DNA of 64,000 bases from Dehalococcoidia bacterium. GTDB lineage: Bacteria; Chloroflexota; Dehalococcoidia; GIF9; AB-539-J10. Below are positions 59,530 through 64,000 of this stretch, one piece after another. The position numbers were made by a program, and so were the translations under genes. How positions within the stretch are numbered: position 1 is the stretch's first letter; each line of letters opens with the position of its first letter. The stretch spans positions 135,234 through 199,233 of the forward strand of contig JAUWOR010000001.1 in NCBI GenBank assembly GCA_030612025.1, read 5' to 3'. The notes under the pieces were generated by a model that saw only the letters and a program-made list of their open reading frames with translations, was not told where the DNA came from and ran no database searches.

Positions 59530-59579
59530 ATACCTCGTACTAATAGGTATATTGACAAAGCAAACCTGGTTGATATAAT
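59530..59579 (+). promoter_or_regulatory. Sigma70-type promoter with palindromic operator upstream of the dockerin gene
   Basis: ATACCT-N9-AGGTAT, then TTGACA(59552)-16-TATAAT(59574). Confidence 0.7.
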
Positions 59580-60056
59580 AGGAATAAAGCAAAGTTAAAG
59601 CTAATTTAAATTTTTCGCCCTTTACCTCTTGACAAAATATAATAATAAATGTAAGGTAGAGTAAACCTTTTGGTTTAGTATATGTTTTTGTAATTAAATA
59701 GGCTTTGAAGGAGGTGATGCCTACGGAACAGTCCCAAAGGAATCTCGGGTTACCTTTGAATTCCTCTCCCTCGAAAGGAGTTCCCTCTCCACTTGATGGA
59801 CAGGGACAGGGTGAGGATAAAGTGAGGGTGCGAGAGACTTTCAGCGGGGAAGCGAAACAAGCCCTGGCCCGGGGATGAAAGTAGTGCGAGGCTTTAGCCT
59901 CGGGCACGACCCTGAAGGGTCGCACTACAGAAAGGGCAGCCCGGTATGAGGCGGGCTTTAAATGCCTCAATAACAAGCTTGAAAACCGGAAACTGAGGAG
60001 GTCGACTTCAGCTGAAGGTTGAAGTAAATCAAATTTTTGAAAGGAGAAATAAGTAA

Positions 60057-63000
60057 ATGAGTAAAAGAAAATGGCATGCCAGGGCAATCCATTTAGCAGT
60101 TGCCTTGGCACTGACCCTAGGACTGTTGATGGTCCCGGCGGCGAGCGCTCAGGTGACCGAAACGGAAGTCTGCGGCTGCCTTGGTGCTGACAATGGTGCC
60201 GATACAGCAGAGTGGTCAACTACAGAAGAGCACCCAGACCCAGAGACCTTAACGGTGATGGGTGCCTACTCGGCGCTCCTTGATAAGGATGCTGGAACCG
60301 TAGGTCCCACCTACGTGCAGTTCATTCCACCGGCGGGGACAACGTTCGGCGACCTTCAAGATGCTATCACTGCCGCAGCCCCCAAGTGGAGCTTCTGGCA
60401 CTTCCTAGAAAGCACTGGCGTGACCAATGGCCCACAATTTGAGCTGCGCTTCGAAGACCCTAATAGTGTTGGCTGGCTCGAGGTAACGGCTGTGGGGCTA
60501 CAAGGCACTACCGGAACAGACGCGTGGGTTGAGGAGACACTGGCCGGTGCCACGCTCGCCGGATACGGCGGTATTGGTGAAGCTGGTGTTTCGTTCTTTA
60601 AGTGGGCCCCTTTGACTGCTCTTAGTGGCATTGAAGCCGCAGTTAACGCTGAAACACCCGTTACTAGTGCTAGTGATTGGGTGCTCGAGAGGGTTCGAGT
60701 CGAGCTCTGGGAGGCTCACGATCACTCTTGCTACATCGACGACATCACCCTTGACGGCGAGAGATACGACCTGGAGCCGTGCTACTACCTGGATCCCAGC
60801 ATTGCCAAGAACGTGAAGACCGCAGAAGCGACCTTCACCGTGGTGGATGTCTGTGGCAATGCGATAGGTAATACTACAGCAGTAAGCAACTGGATTGTCA
60901 TCAAGGGAGAGGGAGCAGGTGAGGTCGTAACCGTTGGCGGTGGAGCAGATCTGAACGACTTTATCACGGTTAACATGGGCACTACCGGTGACTGTCTCAT
61001 CACCTGTGATGTTGATTATGATGGCACGGGTGGCAAAGACGTTACCCTCCATGCCGAGAAGAAGTGGGGCGAGATCTACTATACCGAGCTGACTGCCTGG
61101 AGTGACACTCCTTGTGAACAGCGCCCAACCGGTGCTGCCGACACGGAGATTTCTCGGGTGATTGACCTGGGTGGTGCTGCTTCGTTTGACGTCCTTGTTC
61201 AGGAAGCCGTAATAGCGGAGTTCCTTCCTGGGCCAGTTCCGGCATACGCCGGTGGCGCCAAGATTACCTGGTGGCTGCTGAAGAATGATGCGGCCGGGCT
61301 TTGCCAGGACGAGCTGGAAGAACTGGTCGAGCTGTTCGACAGTTACGACTACGTATCAGGTGAGCTGGGCTATGGCCACGGCTGTGGTCAGTACGCCGAG
61401 TGGGCTATTACTAACCCTGACCCTGACTTCATACCCGAAGACCTCATTGATGCAATTTATGCCCTGTATCCGGCAGTTGATACGCTGTTCACCGATGCAG
61501 AGTGCGACGCTGCTCTCGTAGACACGACCAAGACTGTAACCCATACCGACCACGCTGGGGACCCACTGGGAGAGGGCTTCACCAATGTCCTTGTGGAGTT
61601 CTCTGAGGTCGGCACTACGGACCTGGCTGAGCCGGCCATCGTGGTGGTCTTAGCGGATTACCCCATAGACAAGAACGGCCAGAATGCGGTGTGCGTGGAG
61701 TACTTTAAATTCAAGTCCACCATAGTCGTAATACCGGAAGTATGCCAGGTTAAGGTACCTCAGGTGAGATGGGCTGGCGAGAAAATCGTCCTGGAGAAAG
61801 ACTGGGAAACTGATCCTAGCCAGCTTGTAGGCTTCTTCCTGGAAGAGGGCTGCATTGGCAACATGATTCCCCTTAGCGACCAGAACAGTTGGGGTTCAGA
61901 GGATGCCCGCACTGTATTCACCAAGACCGACTCTTATGGCGTAGCTCGAGCCATGTTCGAGACCGAGCAGCAGGGACAGGTGGATGTTAAGTGCGTGCTC
62001 TATGGAGTGGTTAACGACCTGGGGGAAATGACTTTCGACGACATAGTTGCCCAGACGTCGTCGGATGAACTTGAAGTGGTGGGCAACCACGGCTTCCTGG
62101 TCTACTACCTGGCGCTGGAGGAAGTTGCTGTGGATCCGGCGCTTTCTGACCTGACAGCGATTGATGCTGGTGACGATGCCGATGTCCTGGTTAAGGTCAA
62201 AGGCTGGTTCACCTCAGATGCTCTACCTGGAACCAGCAGACTGCCGGTAGATGCTAATGGCGACCTGGTGTATGAACTACCTGCCGGTCGTTATGTGCTA
62301 CCCGATGACTGGTCGGCATTAGCTGGCAGCGACGAAGCCACCAGCAACATGGCTTCCCGACCACAGTACGACCTGATGAACACACCGGGCGATGGTGTTG
62401 ACAGCTCGGCTGAGCTGGGTCCTTACGACAGCGGTGTGAGAACAACCACACCTCCGGGTGAGGCTGACAACCCCGTTATCGGACCTTTCAACACGCTCCA
62501 GCCCTGGAACTGTGTTGATGATGAGGGCGACCCGACTAACATGTGGATCGCTGATGATGTCGTGCCGGCGGACTACACTGTCGCGGTTGCAATAACCGGT
62601 CCGCGGAATGCTGCTGACATGCGGAACACGGTGGTCCCTGATACCACCATTGACGAGTTTGACTGTCCTATGCCGCAGGCTCTGGTTACCTTCGATGTTG
62701 ATGACACCGAAGTACTGGCTGCGCTGGACAAGGGCAACGTATTCTTCAGCGGCACCGGAGTCGATAAGGTCTACACTGCCCCGTTCTACTCCATGGAGAT
62801 TCCCAGCCACTGGCTTATTCCGGTGGGTGGCTATCGCTGGGATAGCTGGGGACTGTGGACCACAACTACAGCTGACGACGGTCCTTATGACTTCTGGGCT
62901 GACCTGGGCATAACACCGACCGCTGACGACATACTCGAGGTCTACACTGACAACCACGGCTACGCTGGAGTTACCATTGATGGTGAGGACCTGGCTGATG

Positions 63001-63608
63001 AATGCGTGACCCTGGACGTTATCGCTGACTTCCCCGTCATGGCTGCCAAGTACCCCGCCGTTGATACCACGAGGGAAGTTTGCTGGGGCATAGCTGTAGA
63101 GCACCTCAACGCCGACTTCGAGGTTAGCGACAGGACTGGTGAAGCTTCCATTACGATAAGCTTCTACGGTCTCAGGACTGCGGGCACGGGTGCCCCCTGG
63201 ACTACCGGTGGAACAACGCCGTACGTCAAGGCAGAGTGGGACTTCGACGGCGATGGCGGTATTGACGCCACTATCGAAGGTGCTACCAGCGCTGTGACCC
63301 TGGCAACTCAGACGTTCGAGTTCACTGCGGCTGGCAGCTACTCGCCATGGCTGCGCGTCACCGACGACAATGGCCTGGTTGACATCTGCGAGAAGCCGAA
63401 CTACATCATCCTAACTAACGAGGGCAACACAGCATTGCCCGGTGATGCCAACGGAGACGGTGAGGTCAATATTTTCGACATCACCTACCTGGAGAGGATT
63501 CTTGTTGGGCTAGAAGATGAGACACCCGGAGCTGACGCTAACCAGGATGGTGACGTCAATATTTTCGACATCACCTACCTGGAGATGATTATCGTTGGAA
63601 TAGTTTAG
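60057..63608 (+). CDS. Large acidic secreted/surface protein with PKD domain and C-terminal type I-like dockerin
   Basis: Signal peptide ..PAASA; EWDFDGDG..LRVTDDNG (PKD); duplicated GDANGDGEVNIFDITYLE / ADANQDGDVNIFDITYLE. Confidence 0.88.
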   Translation: MSKRKWHARAIHLAVALALTLGLLMVPAASAQVTETEVCGCLGADNGADTAEWSTTEEHPDPETLTVMGAYSALLDKDAGTVGPTYVQFIPPAGTTFGDLQDAITAAAPKWSFWHFLESTGVTNGPQFELRFEDPNSVGWLEVTAVGLQGTTGTDAWVEETLAGATLAGYGGIGEAGVSFFKWAPLTALSGIEAAVNAETPVTSASDWVLERVRVELWEAHDHSCYIDDITLDGERYDLEPCYYLDPSIAKNVKTAEATFTVVDVCGNAIGNTTAVSNWIVIKGEGAGEVVTVGGGADLNDFITVNMGTTGDCLITCDVDYDGTGGKDVTLHAEKKWGEIYYTELTAWSDTPCEQRPTGAADTEISRVIDLGGAASFDVLVQEAVIAEFLPGPVPAYAGGAKITWWLLKNDAAGLCQDELEELVELFDSYDYVSGELGYGHGCGQYAEWAITNPDPDFIPEDLIDAIYALYPAVDTLFTDAECDAALVDTTKTVTHTDHAGDPLGEGFTNVLVEFSEVGTTDLAEPAIVVVLADYPIDKNGQNAVCVEYFKFKSTIVVIPEVCQVKVPQVRWAGEKIVLEKDWETDPSQLVGFFLEEGCIGNMIPLSDQNSWGSEDARTVFTKTDSYGVARAMFETEQQGQVDVKCVLYGVVNDLGEMTFDDIVAQTSSDELEVVGNHGFLVYYLALEEVAVDPALSDLTAIDAGDDADVLVKVKGWFTSDALPGTSRLPVDANGDLVYELPAGRYVLPDDWSALAGSDEATSNMASRPQYDLMNTPGDGVDSSAELGPYDSGVRTTTPPGEADNPVIGPFNTLQPWNCVDDEGDPTNMWIADDVVPADYTVAVAITGPRNAADMRNTVVPDTTIDEFDCPMPQALVTFDVDDTEVLAALDKGNVFFSGTGVDKVYTAPFYSMEIPSHWLIPVGGYRWDSWGLWTTTTADDGPYDFWADLGITPTADDILEVYTDNHGYAGVTIDGEDLADECVTLDVIADFPVMAAKYPAVDTTREVCWGIAVEHLNADFEVSDRTGEASITISFYGLRTAGTGAPWTTGGTTPYVKAEWDFDGDGGIDATIEGATSAVTLATQTFEFTAAGSYSPWLRVTDDNGLVDICEKPNYIILTNEGNTALPGDANGDGEVNIFDITYLERILVGLEDETPGADANQDGDVNIFDITYLEMIIVGIV

Positions 63609-63701
63609 GCGCTAGGTACTTTAGATGCTTCCTGGGGCGGGGGTAGTTTGAAACCCCTACCCAGGGGCATCTTGAGAATAGCGGCTAGAAGGAGGATATA
63701 T

Positions 63702-64000
63702 ATGAGAAGAAAAATCATAGGAATTCTAGGGATAACAGCCTTACTGGCGGCCTTGATTGTTCCAGCATCAGTGGTATTGGCTCAGGATGTTGATGTCAGC
63801 GTTAATGCTCCAGCCGAGGTAGACGCAGGTGATGATTTTACTGCCACGGTTGACATTGCCAATGTGGAGAACTTTAATGCTGGCCAGTATGATGTCGTCT
63901 TCGACGACACGGTGCTCCGGCTGGATGACGTAACCGCTGGTGAGATAGATGGAACGGCGATACCCGTTGGGGCCTGGAACCTAATAGAGGCCGGGCGAGC
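63702..64000 (+). CDS. Secreted cohesin-domain protein (runs off the window)
   Basis: RBS AAGGAGG; signal peptide; FTATVDIANVENFNAGQYDVVFDDTVLRLDDVTAG cohesin-like beta pattern. Confidence 0.72.
   Translation, partial: MRRKIIGILGITALLAALIVPASVVLAQDVDVSVNAPAEVDAGDDFTATVDIANVENFNAGQYDVVFDDTVLRLDDVTAGEIDGTAIPVGAWNLIEAGR

Noticed and set aside
59700-60050. c-di-GMP riboswitch upstream of the dockerin gene
   Set aside because: Could not match GEMM-I or GEMM-II cores by eye; most visible hairpins belong to repeat families
59503-60219. Repeat-derived and antisense ORFs (also 28426, 39210, 57522, 57755, 62319 and similar)
   Set aside because: They are translations of REP/MITE DNA (VVRPFRVV, CSCLIYQA) or shadows of real genes

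Overview
This window looks like a Dehalococcoidia (Chloroflexota)-type chromosome segment, judging by the Elp3 gene, the monoderm type IV pilus cluster and the long surface-protein signal peptide. The left half holds a QueG-like Fe-S protein, a decayed IS5/IS1182-type transposase, typA, frameshifted rlmB, tRNA-Ala(TGC) and ccdA-tlpA. It also has a partly duplicated acyl-CoA ligase-acpP-fabF module, an intact but catalytically dead IS6-like transposase, a liv ABC operon, and a 7.6-kb DUF917/hydantoin-racemase/NCS1 block bracketed by a 65-bp duplication of a HAD gene 3' end. The middle holds a divergent Elp3/Trm9-like pair, a four-helix-bundle cassette, a GGDEF/HD-GYP sensor and two GH3 paralogues. 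The right half holds a type IV pilus cluster whose PilB carries two restriction-endonuclease-like domains, decayed TA modules around the major pilin, a RAYT (HUH/Y1) transposase, an atypical LuxR-type regulator and a dockerin/cohesin gene pair. The most striking feature is a layered set of mobile repeats: about 13 MITE-like shells (12-bp TIRs, often 5-bp TSDs) carrying interchangeable GTAG-REP doublets, plus other palindrome and heptamer families nested in one another. All calls come from reading the sequence by eye; no searches were run.
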